From assembly GCA_049510745.1 (NCBI GenBank), contig JBEKYR010000001.1, positions 224,001-288,000 of the forward strand: a stretch of DNA of 64,000 bases, written 5' to 3'. Origin of the DNA: Verrucomicrobiota bacterium (GTDB lineage Bacteria; Verrucomicrobiota; Verrucomicrobiia; Limisphaerales; Palsa-1400). The first letter of the stretch is position 1. Each line of letters begins with the position of its first letter. Shown piece after piece: positions 45,434-55,038 of the stretch. A model generated the notes under the pieces. It saw only the letters and a list, made by a program, of their open reading frames with translations. It did not search any database and was not told the origin of the DNA. The translations under genes and the position numbers were made by a program.

Positions 45434-45685
45434 ATGATTGTGACGGCGACAGAGCTGGCCAATGAAAGCAAAAGCATCCTGGACCGGGTGGTGCAGGGTG
45501 GCGAGATCGTGGAAGTTCAACGCCACGGCAAGACCGTTGCGGTTATTCAGCCGCGAGTGGGTGCGACGCGCTCCGAGCTTTTGCGCCTGCTGCGCGGCCG
45601 GGGTTTCAACGCCACCGATTCTGCGGAATTGAAGGCGGCGATGGAGCGTGCCTCGGAGGTGATTGGCTATGCCGGTCGCGGTTGA
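45434..45685 (+). CDS. Phd/YefM-family antitoxin
   Basis: MIVTATEL...ILDRV..GE.VEV.RHGK.VA pattern; overlaps the downstream PIN gene. Confidence 0.85.
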   Translation: MIVTATELANESKSILDRVVQGGEIVEVQRHGKTVAVIQPRVGATRSELLRLLRGRGFNATDSAELKAAMERASEVIGYAGRG

Positions 45686-46070
45686 TACCAGTGTTCTGAT
45701 CTCCGCGGAGAGGCAGGGTGATTTGGACGGACTGCTTCCTGAAAACGAAGACGGTCCTTATTACATCCCGGCGTTGGCAGCTTCGGAGTTTCTTGTCGGG
45801 ACACAGCCGCCCGTCAGGCTCGCTTTACGGCAACGGGCGTTTCAACTTTACCAAAATAGATTCCGGGCTTTGGTTTCAACTTTTACTGAGGCCGATGCCG
45901 TTCAGTTGTCCATGCTGATTGCCGAGCTGAAGGCCAAAGGACAACAGATGAAGTTTTTTGACGCGGCGATTGCCGCTACAGTGCTCGCGCGCGGCGATAA
46001 GCTCCTTGTGCTCGACACCGATTTCGACCGGCTGAAGGATCGGATTCAGTTGTTGCGGCCAAGATCATAA
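45669..46070 (+). CDS. vapC: VapC/PIN-domain toxin
   Basis: VDTSVLI, E, FDAAIAA and DTDF acidic PIN motifs intact. Confidence 0.85.
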   Translation: MPVAVDTSVLISAERQGDLDGLLPENEDGPYYIPALAASEFLVGTQPPVRLALRQRAFQLYQNRFRALVSTFTEADAVQLSMLIAELKAKGQQMKFFDAAIAATVLARGDKLLVLDTDFDRLKDRIQLLRPRS

Positions 46071-46123
46071 CCTCGACTCGCTGCCAATGGGGTCGCCAAA
46101 ATCCGGGATGCGCCCGCCGCCGC

Positions 46124-47536
46124 TCACTTCACCTTCGTCACCTTTTGGTCGATGCCGTTTTGATGCAGAATGAGGTGCGTCACCTTGCCGGCCGAGTCCT
46201 TTACAAAGGTCATTTGCGCATCGACCACCGTGCAAAAAACGTCCGTTTCCGATTCGGGAAAAAACTCGATCTTTTGCTGGCCGGTTATCTGGCCGAAAAG
46301 ACGGTTGCCCTCCCGCGTCATCGTCATCGTCACCGGCGCCGTTGAAAATTGGTATTGACCAACGAAATCGTCAAACACGCGCGGATCGACGTGCGCGACT
46401 TTCCGGGCCTTCGGCGCCTGGAAATCCTTCACGTCGGAGCGGTCGCCCAGGAGATACTGGCCGATGTCATCCATATCGTTGGCGGAATTGGCCAGGACAA
46501 CGACGCCGCGGCGTTTCTCCGCCTTGAAACCGATGTAAGACCGGTAGCCGCCGGTCCCGCCGTTGTGCCAGACGGTGTCATTGGCAGAGTCGATCTGCCA
46601 CATCAGGCCGATTTTTCGGAAAAGACCGCCGCTGTGGCGGGGTTGATGGGTTTGCCTCATGGCGTTGGACAGGCTGGAGTTGGTCAGGCCGATGTTGGCC
46701 GCGACGAACTTCAGCATGTCGTTGGCCGTGGAACGGAGCGCTCCCGCTCCGGCCAGCGTCGGAATATCCCAGTTCTTGACTGGCATCCCGGAAGAATTGT
46801 GGCCGGTGGCGAGGCGCGATTTCAGTTCCGGCGGGAGCGTGATGCGGGTGCTGCTCATGCCCAACGGATCGCAAATCCGCCGGACCACCAGCGTTTCGTA
46901 GTTTGTCCCCGCCCGCAGCGCCAGCACGTGCCCCAGCAACCCGCCGCCCAGGTTCGAGTACTCGTATTTCTCGCCAATGTCCCGCTTCAACTCGTAGCGC
47001 GACAGAAAATCATACAACTGCGCGACGGTGTAATCGGCGTAGGGATTGCCGTCGTCCTTGGGCGCGAAATTGTCCGGCATCCGCGGCAGGCCCGAGGTCT
47101 GCGTCGCCAGATCGAGCAGGGTGATTTGGCGGCCGTTGCGGGCCGGCGTTGTGACCGAGGCGGGCAGGAATTTGCCGATCGGGTCGTCGAGCTTCACTTC
47201 CCCGCTCTCCACCATTTCCTCCAGCAGCAACCCGGTGAAGACCTTGGTGATGGAACCAATCTCGAAAACTGTGTCCCCGTTGACTTCCCCGCCTGTGCCG
47301 TTTTCCGGCGATGTTTTGCAAAACAGCCTCGCGCCTTTGTCATCGATAATTCCCACGACAAGGCCGGGCGCGCGGCGTTGCTCGACGACGCATCGGTCAA
47401 GCATCGCGTTGATGTCGGCGTCGGTCCTGGGTTTTTCCTGCGCGCGCAACCGGACCGCCAGGGCGCCCAAAAAGACGGCCGCGGCGGCAAGGAGCAATGT
47501 CATCTGCATAATGGATTTAATGGGATTTGGTTTCAT
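46124..47536 (-). CDS. Serine hydrolase (beta-lactamase-related family) with DUF3471-like C-terminus
   Basis: FEIGSITK (SxxK), YEYSN, WHNGGTGG. Confidence 0.88.
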   Translation of the reverse strand: MKPNPIKSIMQMTLLLAAAAVFLGALAVRLRAQEKPRTDADINAMLDRCVVEQRRAPGLVVGIIDDKGARLFCKTSPENGTGGEVNGDTVFEIGSITKVFTGLLLEEMVESGEVKLDDPIGKFLPASVTTPARNGRQITLLDLATQTSGLPRMPDNFAPKDDGNPYADYTVAQLYDFLSRYELKRDIGEKYEYSNLGGGLLGHVLALRAGTNYETLVVRRICDPLGMSSTRITLPPELKSRLATGHNSSGMPVKNWDIPTLAGAGALRSTANDMLKFVAANIGLTNSSLSNAMRQTHQPRHSGGLFRKIGLMWQIDSANDTVWHNGGTGGYRSYIGFKAEKRRGVVVLANSANDMDDIGQYLLGDRSDVKDFQAPKARKVAHVDPRVFDDFVGQYQFSTAPVTMTMTREGNRLFGQITGQQKIEFFPESETDVFCTVVDAQMTFVKDSAGKVTHLILHQNGIDQKVTKVK

Positions 47537-47540
47537 AGTT

Positions 47541-48131
47541 TTACGGAGTTGGGGTGGACTTGCCAAGGAGCGATTCCAGTTCTTCTTTCAGCGGCATGAG
47601 GTATTTGCGGACGGCATACTGGTTCAGCCAGTTTATGGCCAGACCCATCAACACACCCACGCTCACGAAAACCGCCCGGTCCGCCGCATTTCGATTGACG
47701 CCGAAAAAGAACGTTTCGTAGCCGACTGTCAAGGGAAGGATGTACCACCACCAGACCGACCGCAACAGCCGGATTTGGTTTTCCACCTTGCTCAACTCCC
47801 CTTGCAGCGCCTCCATGACCGGCGCGTTCGGATTGTCCTTCCCCGCCCGCCGTTTGCTCGAAAGCAGCCGCCAGCCGATAAACACCGCGCTCAGAACAGT
47901 GATGACGCAGCCGGCCCGGGCCAGTGCCGTCGGACACATGAAAAAGAAGCAGCCAAACACCCCCGCCACAACCAGGCACGCGGCGACTTCCCGGAAGTCG
48001 CGCCACCAAATCGTCCGCTCGAACCGCCGCATTTTTTGGTTTATCGAGGCGATGGCTTGGGGGCCGGTCAGCGTGGGCGGCAAGGGCAGCGGCTGCTCCC
48101 GCCAAAGTTTCTTCAGGGCGTCGTCGTTCAT
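47541..48131 (-). CDS. Membrane protein, putative anti-sigma factor
   Basis: MNDDALKKLW start overlapping the sigma gene stop; about four hydrophobic segments. Confidence 0.7.
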   Translation of the reverse strand: MNDDALKKLWREQPLPLPPTLTGPQAIASINQKMRRFERTIWWRDFREVAACLVVAGVFGCFFFMCPTALARAGCVITVLSAVFIGWRLLSSKRRAGKDNPNAPVMEALQGELSKVENQIRLLRSVWWWYILPLTVGYETFFFGVNRNAADRAVFVSVGVLMGLAINWLNQYAVRKYLMPLKEELESLLGKSTPTP

Positions 48132-48652
48132 TGCGCTTTCTCCTTTATCATAGCGGACAGTTTTTTCTTGACACGATGCAGCAGCACGCCGACGTGACTG
48201 CTGTTGAGTCCCATGACTTGGGCGATTTGCTCGTAACTCAAATCCTCCAAAAACAAAGTGATGAGCGCCTTTTCCACCCCGTCCAGTTGGGCGATGGCCT
48301 CGTAGAGGGCGGCCAACTGCGCGTCCGGCTCCGGGCTGCCGCCGTCCTGGGTTTCGGCGAGTTGGCGCAAATGCCCGTCCTCGAAGGGCACGGTGCGGGC
48401 GTGGCGGGAGGCCCGTTTGCGCAGGAAACCGATGGCGGTGTTCAGGGCCGTGCGGTAGAGCCAGGTGTCGGCGTAGGAGTCGTCCCTGAGCTGGGGCAGG
48501 CCGCGCCAGATCTGAAAGAGGATTTCCTGGTGGAGATCCTCCTGGTCCTCGCGATTCCAGGCATAGACGCGGCAAATCTTGAGAATCTTCGGCCGGTTCC
48601 CGTTGACCAGATCGAGAAACTTTCCGTCCGCTGCCTGGAGTTCAGAGTTCAA
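48128..48652 (-). CDS. ECF RNA polymerase sigma factor
   Basis: EDLHQEI, TWLYRTALN, LSYEQIAQVMG region 2 and region 4 motifs. Confidence 0.92.
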   Translation of the reverse strand: MNSELQAADGKFLDLVNGNRPKILKICRVYAWNREDQEDLHQEILFQIWRGLPQLRDDSYADTWLYRTALNTAIGFLRKRASRHARTVPFEDGHLRQLAETQDGGSPEPDAQLAALYEAIAQLDGVEKALITLFLEDLSYEQIAQVMGLNSSHVGVLLHRVKKKLSAMIKEKAQ

Positions 48653-48774
48653 TTGTTTATCGTTTCATTATATTAGTCGCGCGAGGAACGGGAAATATTA
48701 CAGGATGGGACAAAAAGGGACGGCAGGGACGGACGCGATGCACGGGCTTCCCAAGCCCGGCGTTCGATCCGAGG

Positions 48775-49254
48775 CTACGGCTGTTTGCGGAAAATCTCGG
48801 AAACGTCCAGCACGTTCATCGACACCAGATCGACGCTTTGCTCCGGGGCGCGCTGTTGGGCGGCTTGCAGTTGCCGGCCAACCTCCCGGAGGGTCGCGGC
48901 GGCGTAATACTTGACGGCGCCGACGCTCAGTTCCGCCTTGAAAATGACGATCAGCAGCACGTTTTCGTCGATGTTGCAAAAGAGCAGGCTGTAGCGCTCG
49001 CCCTGCTGGTAAATGGAGGCGAAATCCGCCTCGCCCAACAGGCCGGCGATGGCCTGCGTGGCGCAAAACGACCCGGCGGCCAGGGCGGAAATGGTGGTGG
49101 TGTCAAATTGGTCCACCGCCCCGCGCTGGCCGATGAGCGGGCCGCCCTTGTCGATGATCAGGGCCGCGGTCGCCTCGCTCTTGCGCAGCAACTCGTCCAG
49201 CGCCCCGTCCAGCAATTGGACGTCTTCGGCTATCAGCGGCGGCAGCCCCGGCAT
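48775..49254 (-). CDS. mglB: Roadblock/LC7 protein, MglB-like
   Basis: ALIIDKGG, ISALAAGSF.AT..IA.LLGE..F; adjacent to mglA. Confidence 0.85.
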   Translation of the reverse strand: MPGLPPLIAEDVQLLDGALDELLRKSEATAALIIDKGGPLIGQRGAVDQFDTTTISALAAGSFCATQAIAGLLGEADFASIYQQGERYSLLFCNIDENVLLIVIFKAELSVGAVKYYAAATLREVGRQLQAAQQRAPEQSVDLVSMNVLDVSEIFRKQP

Positions 49255-49255
49255 A

Positions 49256-49867
49256 TCAGGTGGTCTTTCGGGCGGCTTCGTTGATGAATTTGTTGAGCAA
49301 CAGGCGCGTGATCATGTTCAGGGCCTCGAACACCCCCTCGCACCGGGAGGCGACCGACGGAAACGAGGGCGCCTGCACGTCCCGGTTGTTGAGCAGGAAC
49401 TCCATGTACTCGATCGGCGCCGCCGTCGGCAGGTCGCGCTTGTTGTACTGCAGCACGTAGGGAATCTCGGCGAAGTTCAGTCGCAGCGTCTTGAGGTTCT
49501 CCTCCAGGTTCTGGAAGCTCTCCACGTTTTCCGCCATTTTCTCGTATTGCGAGTCGGCCACAAAGACGATCCCGTCCACCCCGCGCAGGACCAGTTGGCG
49601 GGTCGTGTTGTAAATGACCTGACCGGGAACGGTGTAAAGTTGAAATTTCGTCTTGAACCCTTTGATGGCCATGGCTTCGATGGGCAGGAAATCAAAAAAC
49701 AGGGTGCGGTCCGAGCTGGTCGCCAGCGAAACCAGTTTGCCCTTCTCCTGCACGTTTTGCACGTTGGCGTGGACCTGTTCGAGATTGGTCGTCTTGCCGC
49801 CTTTGCCCGGCCCGTAATAGACGACTTTGACCTGCAGTTCCTTCGTTGCTTGATTGATGATTGCCAT
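49256..49867 (-). CDS. mglA: MglA-family small GTPase
   Basis: YYGPGKGGKTTNL, DRTLFFDFLP, YTVPGQV, FVADS, QYNKRDLP. Confidence 0.94.
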   Translation of the reverse strand: MAIINQATKELQVKVVYYGPGKGGKTTNLEQVHANVQNVQEKGKLVSLATSSDRTLFFDFLPIEAMAIKGFKTKFQLYTVPGQVIYNTTRQLVLRGVDGIVFVADSQYEKMAENVESFQNLEENLKTLRLNFAEIPYVLQYNKRDLPTAAPIEYMEFLLNNRDVQAPSFPSVASRCEGVFEALNMITRLLLNKFINEAARKTT

Positions 49868-49873
49868 AAATCA

Positions 49874-51613
49874 TTATTGCTTGCGCCGGGCCAGTTCGCC
49901 GGCTACCCGTTGCAGCGCCGCTTCCGGCAGGGCCTGGCCCGCCTTGCCCACCACCGCCAGATAGAGCGGCCCGGCTTTGAAAATGACGTGCGGCGCCCCG
50001 CCCACGGTCAGGGTCAGCGCCTCCAGTGTTCCCAGTCGGGCCTCACCCGCGTAATGGGCCACGCGCCCAAACATCTGCGGCAGGAACGCCGCCAGCGTAT
50101 CGACGTTCAGCGGCGCCTGCGCCTGCCCGGCCACGAGCAATCCGTCCGCTGTCGCCAGAAGGCTGCCGGCCACGCCCGGCATCGCGCTGATCCCTTGCGC
50201 GATTTCCTCGGGCGACCATTCCGTTTTCGACGGCTGCCCGAAAACTTCTCCCAACACATCCGCTTCCGCCGCCGGTTGCGGCGCGGCCACCGGGGCGGCT
50301 GCCGGCTCCGGCTGGGCTGAAGGCGCGGGCGTCGCGGCGGGCGCGGCCGCTCTGCCCAAGCCGCCAAAGAGGTCCGGAATGTTGTCCCCAATCGTGACCT
50401 TTTTTTGGGCCGCCGCGCGATGCTTCGCCATGAAGAGCGGGGCGATCACTCTGAGCGGCAATTCCACCTGCGTCTCGCCGTGTGGCGAGGGGGTGGCCGG
50501 CGGAGCACTGAGCCAGCCGCTCAATTCGCCCCACGTAAACACGACACGCCCCGCTTTCAGCGCCGCCTCGAGCCGGTTCAGCGGGATGGACACCGGCGCG
50601 TTCTTGAAGTTGTTTTTTTCGATCTCTTGCCGGATGGCCTGGGGCCACGCCTCGCAAAGGGCTCCGATTGTCGTCACCACCGGTTCACCGGCCACAACTG
50701 GCGCCGCCGCAGGCCTCGCGGGAGGAGCGGGCCGCGTTGTCGCGAAGGGCAAAGGCGATGCCGGCTTCGGTCCGGCAAAGGGCAGCGGGGCGGGCGCCGG
50801 TGGCCTTGGCGCCGCCGGTCCGGGCGTCATCGAGGGCGCCGGTCTCGACAGACCCGGCGACGGAATGACGGGCTTGGGCAAGGTCGGCAGCGATGGCGCC
50901 GACACGACGGGCCTTGGCAACGAAGGCTGCGGCGCGGCGGGCACGACGGGCTTTGGCAAACCAGGCAGCGGCGCGGTGGGAACAACGGGTTTGGGAGCGG
51001 GCGTCGGAGGCACGGGCGGCGGCGGCGCGGGCGCGGCGGGAAGCGGACTTGCGGGAGCAGCGGACTTTGGAGCCGCCGCCACCGCGGCGCGCCAGCCCGG
51101 CGTGATGCCCTTGGGGCCGAACACTCCGGTCACTTCATCCGGCACTTCGACGCGCCTTTGATCCGCCCGCCGCGCGAGCCGGCCGGGGCCAAGCGCGGCC
51201 AAGACCAGCGGCAAAGGCAGATCAATCAGCGAATCGTCCTGACTGGCATCGTCAGCAAAGGTGCCCGGGGGCGAGGCTTGCCGCAATTGGCCGAACGGGA
51301 CCCTCACCGCCCCAAACCGCAGTTGCTCGACCGCCTCGCTGGCAGAGACCGAGAACGTCCCACCGGGACGCGATCTCACCAACGGCGCCATGCTGTTCGG
51401 GAGCCTCGACAAAATTTCGTCCATCGGCAACAGAAGCGCATCGCCGACGGCCAAAGGCGCGGGCGGGACGCCCGGCGAAGGCGGCGCGGCGGCGGCGGGC
51501 GCGCGGACGGACGGTGGAGCGGGTGCGGACGGAGCCGCGGGAGCGGCCGCCGGGGCCGCGGCAGGCGGCGAACTCGCCGGCCTCGAAAATAATCTTTTGA
51601 GAGCGCCAAACAT
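49874..51613 (-). CDS. Proline-rich protein with two internal repeated domains and C-terminal roadblock/LC7 domain
   Basis: Long Pro/Ala linkers; C-terminal PGVAGSLLATADGLLVA roadblock motif; co-oriented with mglA/mglB. Confidence 0.75.
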   Translation of the reverse strand: MFGALKRLFSRPASSPPAAAPAAAPAAPSAPAPPSVRAPAAAAPPSPGVPPAPLAVGDALLLPMDEILSRLPNSMAPLVRSRPGGTFSVSASEAVEQLRFGAVRVPFGQLRQASPPGTFADDASQDDSLIDLPLPLVLAALGPGRLARRADQRRVEVPDEVTGVFGPKGITPGWRAAVAAAPKSAAPASPLPAAPAPPPPVPPTPAPKPVVPTAPLPGLPKPVVPAAPQPSLPRPVVSAPSLPTLPKPVIPSPGLSRPAPSMTPGPAAPRPPAPAPLPFAGPKPASPLPFATTRPAPPARPAAAPVVAGEPVVTTIGALCEAWPQAIRQEIEKNNFKNAPVSIPLNRLEAALKAGRVVFTWGELSGWLSAPPATPSPHGETQVELPLRVIAPLFMAKHRAAAQKKVTIGDNIPDLFGGLGRAAAPAATPAPSAQPEPAAAPVAAPQPAAEADVLGEVFGQPSKTEWSPEEIAQGISAMPGVAGSLLATADGLLVAGQAQAPLNVDTLAAFLPQMFGRVAHYAGEARLGTLEALTLTVGGAPHVIFKAGPLYLAVVGKAGQALPEAALQRVAGELARRKQ

Positions 51614-51710
51614 GGATCGAGCTGGCCCCATACTGCCAGAGTCCGGGCCGGTTCGTCGATAGCAAACTCGCATCGTGAAAAATCCTCCGAATCCTGGCGG
51701 CTTTCCGGGA

Positions 51711-51766
51711 GGAATCGAAGCCTTCCCCGTCGAGGTGGAGGTCAATTCCGGCTGGGGGGATACGGT
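51711..51766 (+). pseudogene. comM 5' fragment, copy A (GIEAFPVEVEVNSGWGDTV; no start)
   Basis: Near-identical to about 56884-56938 of intact comM. Confidence 0.9.
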
Positions 51767-51824
51767 AATGGCGTTATGAAAAGAACTGGTCTTGCGCGGG
51801 AAAGCGGATTACAGTTGTTTCGTT

Positions 51825-52040
51825 ATGCAGACAGTCGCCATTGAAATAGCGCAGGCCACACTCGCGGATCTGCTCAAACAGGTCGCGGACGGCGAGGAGT
51901 TCACCATCACACAGCATGGCCAGCCGAAGGCGAAGCTTTCGGCAGTCTCGTCGCGCAGGCGCCCGCAAGCGCGAGTGGGGAGTTTGCCGGGGGGAATATG
52001 GCTCTCGCCGGATTTTGACGGGCCGGTGGATGACTTATAG
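51825..52040 (+). CDS. Phd/YefM-type antitoxin (VapB-like)
   Basis: LADLLKQV..GEE..IT.HGQP.AKL and C-terminal DFDGP pattern. Confidence 0.8.
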   Translation: MQTVAIEIAQATLADLLKQVADGEEFTITQHGQPKAKLSAVSSRRRPQARVGSLPGGIWLSPDFDGPVDDL

Positions 52041-52212
52041 CTTTGAACTGCTGCCTGTTTCCTGTCTGCATTTGAATCAACTGGCGGCACTCCCGTTTCA
52101 TCACCGTGATCCATTTGACCGGTTGTTGATCGCCCAGGCACTTGCTGAAGACATGACCATTGTCAGGCGCGACACGGCATTTTCGCAATACCCGGCGAAA
52201 ATTATCTGGTAA
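52030..52212 (+). pseudogene. VapC/PIN toxin, N-terminal half missing
   Basis: Only LP...HHRDPFDRLLIAQA...D..F..Y C-terminal half present (60 aa); no N-terminal LDT motif. Confidence 0.8.
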
Positions 52213-52361
52213 TTGCGTTGGTTGTCGGGCCTTTCATGGTCAAGTGATCGGGGATGGGGGCGACTTCTTAAATTGATCAGGTTGTCTGAATCGCAGTCAG
52301 CCTGATTCGTGCGTTGACGCATACGCGATCTCTCGTTAGCCTTCGCTCGAACCATGTCGCA

Positions 52362-53921
52362 ATGAACACTCGGACCGCTCGCACCGGCTCAATCGCCGAT
52401 CTCGTCCGCCCGTTGCTGGCCTGCCTGCTGCTGATCGGGCCGGCGGCGCGGGCCGGAATCGTCATCACCAATTTCACCGGAACGAATGTGATCCGCATTC
52501 TGCCCGCCGGCGATTCGATCACCGATGACTGCGAGGTCGTGGGCGCGTGGCGGAAACCGCTCCAGCCGCTGCTCGACAGCAATCACATCCCCTTCATCTT
52601 CATCGGCCGCAACGTTTCCTCCCCGACCCTGCCCTATTTCACCAAGACCAAACACGAAGGCTACTGTGGCGCTGTCGTCGCTCCTCCGGGCGTGTTCGGG
52701 GCTTACTCTTACGCGCAAGCAAACAATTACACCGAGAAGACCCTTTCCGATGCCTTGAAGACCACGGTCGTCACCAACCCAAACATCGTCCTCGTGTTGA
52801 TCGGCGCCAACGACATCGGCCGCGGGCGCGATCCCTACCACACGGCCTACATCGACATGACCAACCTGCTCAACATCATCCTCACAAACGTCCCTGCCGC
52901 GAATGTCATTTTCACGAAGATTACCTCGCTCAGCAATGCCAGCCTCGGCTACGCCACGTATTCGACCAATGTCCCGATCTACAACAACGCCCTCGAACAG
53001 ATGGTCAACCAGAAGCGGGCCGAGGGCCTGAATGTCACCCTGGCTGACATGTTTTCGGTCAACCCCTATGGGACCGCTTTCTACCTGAGCGATCATCTCC
53101 ATGCCAACGCAGCGGGCTTGACCAATATCGCCAGGGAATGGTTCACGCGCATCCAAACCCTCATCACCGGCACCAACCAGATCACCGCCGCCCTCATCAG
53201 CGCAGGCGCGACCTGGTCGTATTCCGACACCGGGACCGATCTGGGCACCAACTGGACGCAACCTTTCTACGACGACAGCGCTTGGGCCAGCGCGCCGGCG
53301 CGATTCGGTTACGGCGAGCCGGTTCCCGAGACCCCGCTCAGCTTCGGGTCCAGCTCCACCAACGTCAACCCGACGACCTATTTCCGGACGAAGTTTGTCG
53401 TGCCGTGGAACGAAAATTTCACGAACCTCAATTTCCGCCTCTCGCAAACGGGCGGCGCGGTCGTCTGGCTCAACGGCGTCGAAGCCTACCGCACCAACCT
53501 CCCGGCCGGGCCAATCACCTATTCCACCCTCGCCACCGCGAACATCGGCAACGAAAACGAATACATCCTCTTCCCCACCAATCTGGCGCTGACGTTGCCG
53601 CCGGGAACCAACGTCATCGCGGTGGAAGTCCACCAAAGCGCTCTCACCAGACAGAACCTCGGCTTCGATTTCGAGTTGCTCGGGGGCGCCTTCGTGCTTC
53701 CCAACCCAACCCTCACGGCCTCCCTCGCCGGCAACAACATTTCCCTGACCTGGCCGCTGACCAACTGCAGCGCCTTCACTCTTTACTCTTCGGCCACGCT
53801 TGTTCCTCCAAACTGGCAGCCTTTCTCATCCAGTCTCTTCCAGACCAACAACGGCCAGATCACCGCCCCGATCACTCCCGGCCCCGGCTCCGCCTTCTTT
53901 CGACTCCAGCTTGGTCAATAA
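52362..53921 (+). CDS. Secreted SGNH/GDSL hydrolase with C-terminal beta domains
   Basis: GDSIT, IGAND and DHLH motifs; hydrophobic N-terminus. Confidence 0.85.
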   Translation: MNTRTARTGSIADLVRPLLACLLLIGPAARAGIVITNFTGTNVIRILPAGDSITDDCEVVGAWRKPLQPLLDSNHIPFIFIGRNVSSPTLPYFTKTKHEGYCGAVVAPPGVFGAYSYAQANNYTEKTLSDALKTTVVTNPNIVLVLIGANDIGRGRDPYHTAYIDMTNLLNIILTNVPAANVIFTKITSLSNASLGYATYSTNVPIYNNALEQMVNQKRAEGLNVTLADMFSVNPYGTAFYLSDHLHANAAGLTNIAREWFTRIQTLITGTNQITAALISAGATWSYSDTGTDLGTNWTQPFYDDSAWASAPARFGYGEPVPETPLSFGSSSTNVNPTTYFRTKFVVPWNENFTNLNFRLSQTGGAVVWLNGVEAYRTNLPAGPITYSTLATANIGNENEYILFPTNLALTLPPGTNVIAVEVHQSALTRQNLGFDFELLGGAFVLPNPTLTASLAGNNISLTWPLTNCSAFTLYSSATLVPPNWQPFSSSLFQTNNGQITAPITPGPGSAFFRLQLGQ

Positions 53922-54047
53922 TTGCACCCCTGCGCGGAAATGATTTTTGGCGACCGGCGGCAGGCGCCATCCGTGTCAGTCCTCACTATTTGCTCTGACC
54001 GGCCGCGTAATCGTCCTCACGGTTAATCCGCCTTCTCCAAAGGAGGG

Positions 54048-54203
54048 CAAAAACCGTATTGCCCTTGCGCCCCCGTTCGCCCAACACCCCCCCATGCTGG
54101 CGCGTGTCCTGTCCGCTGCGGTCAATGGCATCGAAGCCTTCCCCGTCGAGCTGGAGGTCAATTCCGGCTGGGGGATACGGTCATCGTGATTGTCGGCCTG
54201 CCC
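54048..54203 (+). pseudogene. comM upstream region + 5' fragment, copy B (frameshifted in G run)
   Basis: AAAAACCGTATTGCCCT...ATG at 54094 MLARVLSAAVNGIEAFPVELEVNSGW, continuing out of frame to VIVGLP. Confidence 0.9.
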
Positions 54204-54223
54204 GCGCTTTCACCAGCCTTCGT

Positions 54224-54541
54224 TCAAATCACGTCAATCAGATGAGTTGTCATATATATTTCTAGTTGATGGAAGCGAGACTTCAGGCCCTCTTTGAAGT
54301 CGCGGGAGAACTCCCGGTGTTCCACGAGGTCTTCGACATCAATAATGACACGCATTAAATCATCTGAATAGACGTCTTCCTCATGCCGCCAGCGCCCTCG
54401 AATGACCTGAGTTTCCCACGAAACCGCGCCGAAATGATTCTCCAATTCAAGAAGCGTGTCGGCAATCAGGGCGTCAGGCACCGCTTGGCCGTCATTGAAC
54501 CGCAGTGGCAGGAGTATCTCGTAACGACGTGAGGCGCTCAT
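54224..54541 (-). CDS. Small hypothetical protein (RRYEILLPLRFNDG...), downstream member of an overlapping gene pair
   Basis: 105 aa ORF overlapping the upstream small ORF; natural-looking composition. Confidence 0.65.
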   Translation of the reverse strand: MSASRRYEILLPLRFNDGQAVPDALIADTLLELENHFGAVSWETQVIRGRWRHEEDVYSDDLMRVIIDVEDLVEHREFSRDFKEGLKSRFHQLEIYMTTHLIDVI

Positions 54542-54713
54542 ACGTGGCAGGACCTTCGACGGTAAAATGGAAACTTTCCCCAGCAAGAGAGGCCAAAGCC
54601 GCTTCCGGCACCATCACCTCGCCCGTGGCCCAACTCTTGCCCGGGAAGCGTCTGGCGATGTAACCGAGCGCCCTTCGTTTGGATTCTTCATCGGCAAATC
54701 GTATGATGACCAT
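54492..54713 (-). CDS. Small hypothetical protein, upstream member of gene pair
   Basis: 73 aa ORF MVIIRFADEESKRRALG... Confidence 0.55.
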   Translation of the reverse strand: MVIIRFADEESKRRALGYIARRFPGKSWATGEVMVPEAALASLAGESFHFTVEGPATYERLTSLRDTPATAVQ

Positions 54714-54764
54714 GATTGGAGCATAATGGCCTTTGCGAACTTTGGCAAGCCTGCGTGAACAACC

Positions 54765-55016
54765 CAAAACCGCATTGCCCTTGCGCCCGCCCCACGCGCA
54801 AGCGTCATCTTGACAATTTGTTCACTTGTCGCCCAACATTCCGTCCATGCTGGCGCCTGTCCTGTCCGCTGCCTTGTCCGCCATAGCGCCGGGAAGCGCG
54901 ACGGCGGATGTCAACGGCATCGAAGCCTTCCCCCGTCGAGGTGGAGGCGAGGAAATTGACATGGCGAAGGCCAAGGGGCAGGAATCCGTCAAGCGGGAGT
55001 TGGAGATCGCGGCAGG
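54765..55016 (+). pseudogene. comM upstream region + 5' fragment, copy C, fused to an internal comM segment
   Basis: ATG at 54847; after ...GTGGAGG (54947) sequence switches to EEIDMAKAKGQESVKRELEIAA, matching comM about 57417-57485. Confidence 0.9.
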
Positions 55017-55038
55017 CACAAAAAATGGCTTCTTTTGG

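Noticed and set aside
46124..47536. Antibiotic-resistance beta-lactamase
   Set aside because: SxxK/YxN/HxG motifs fit the broad serine hydrolase family; no basis for a resistance call.
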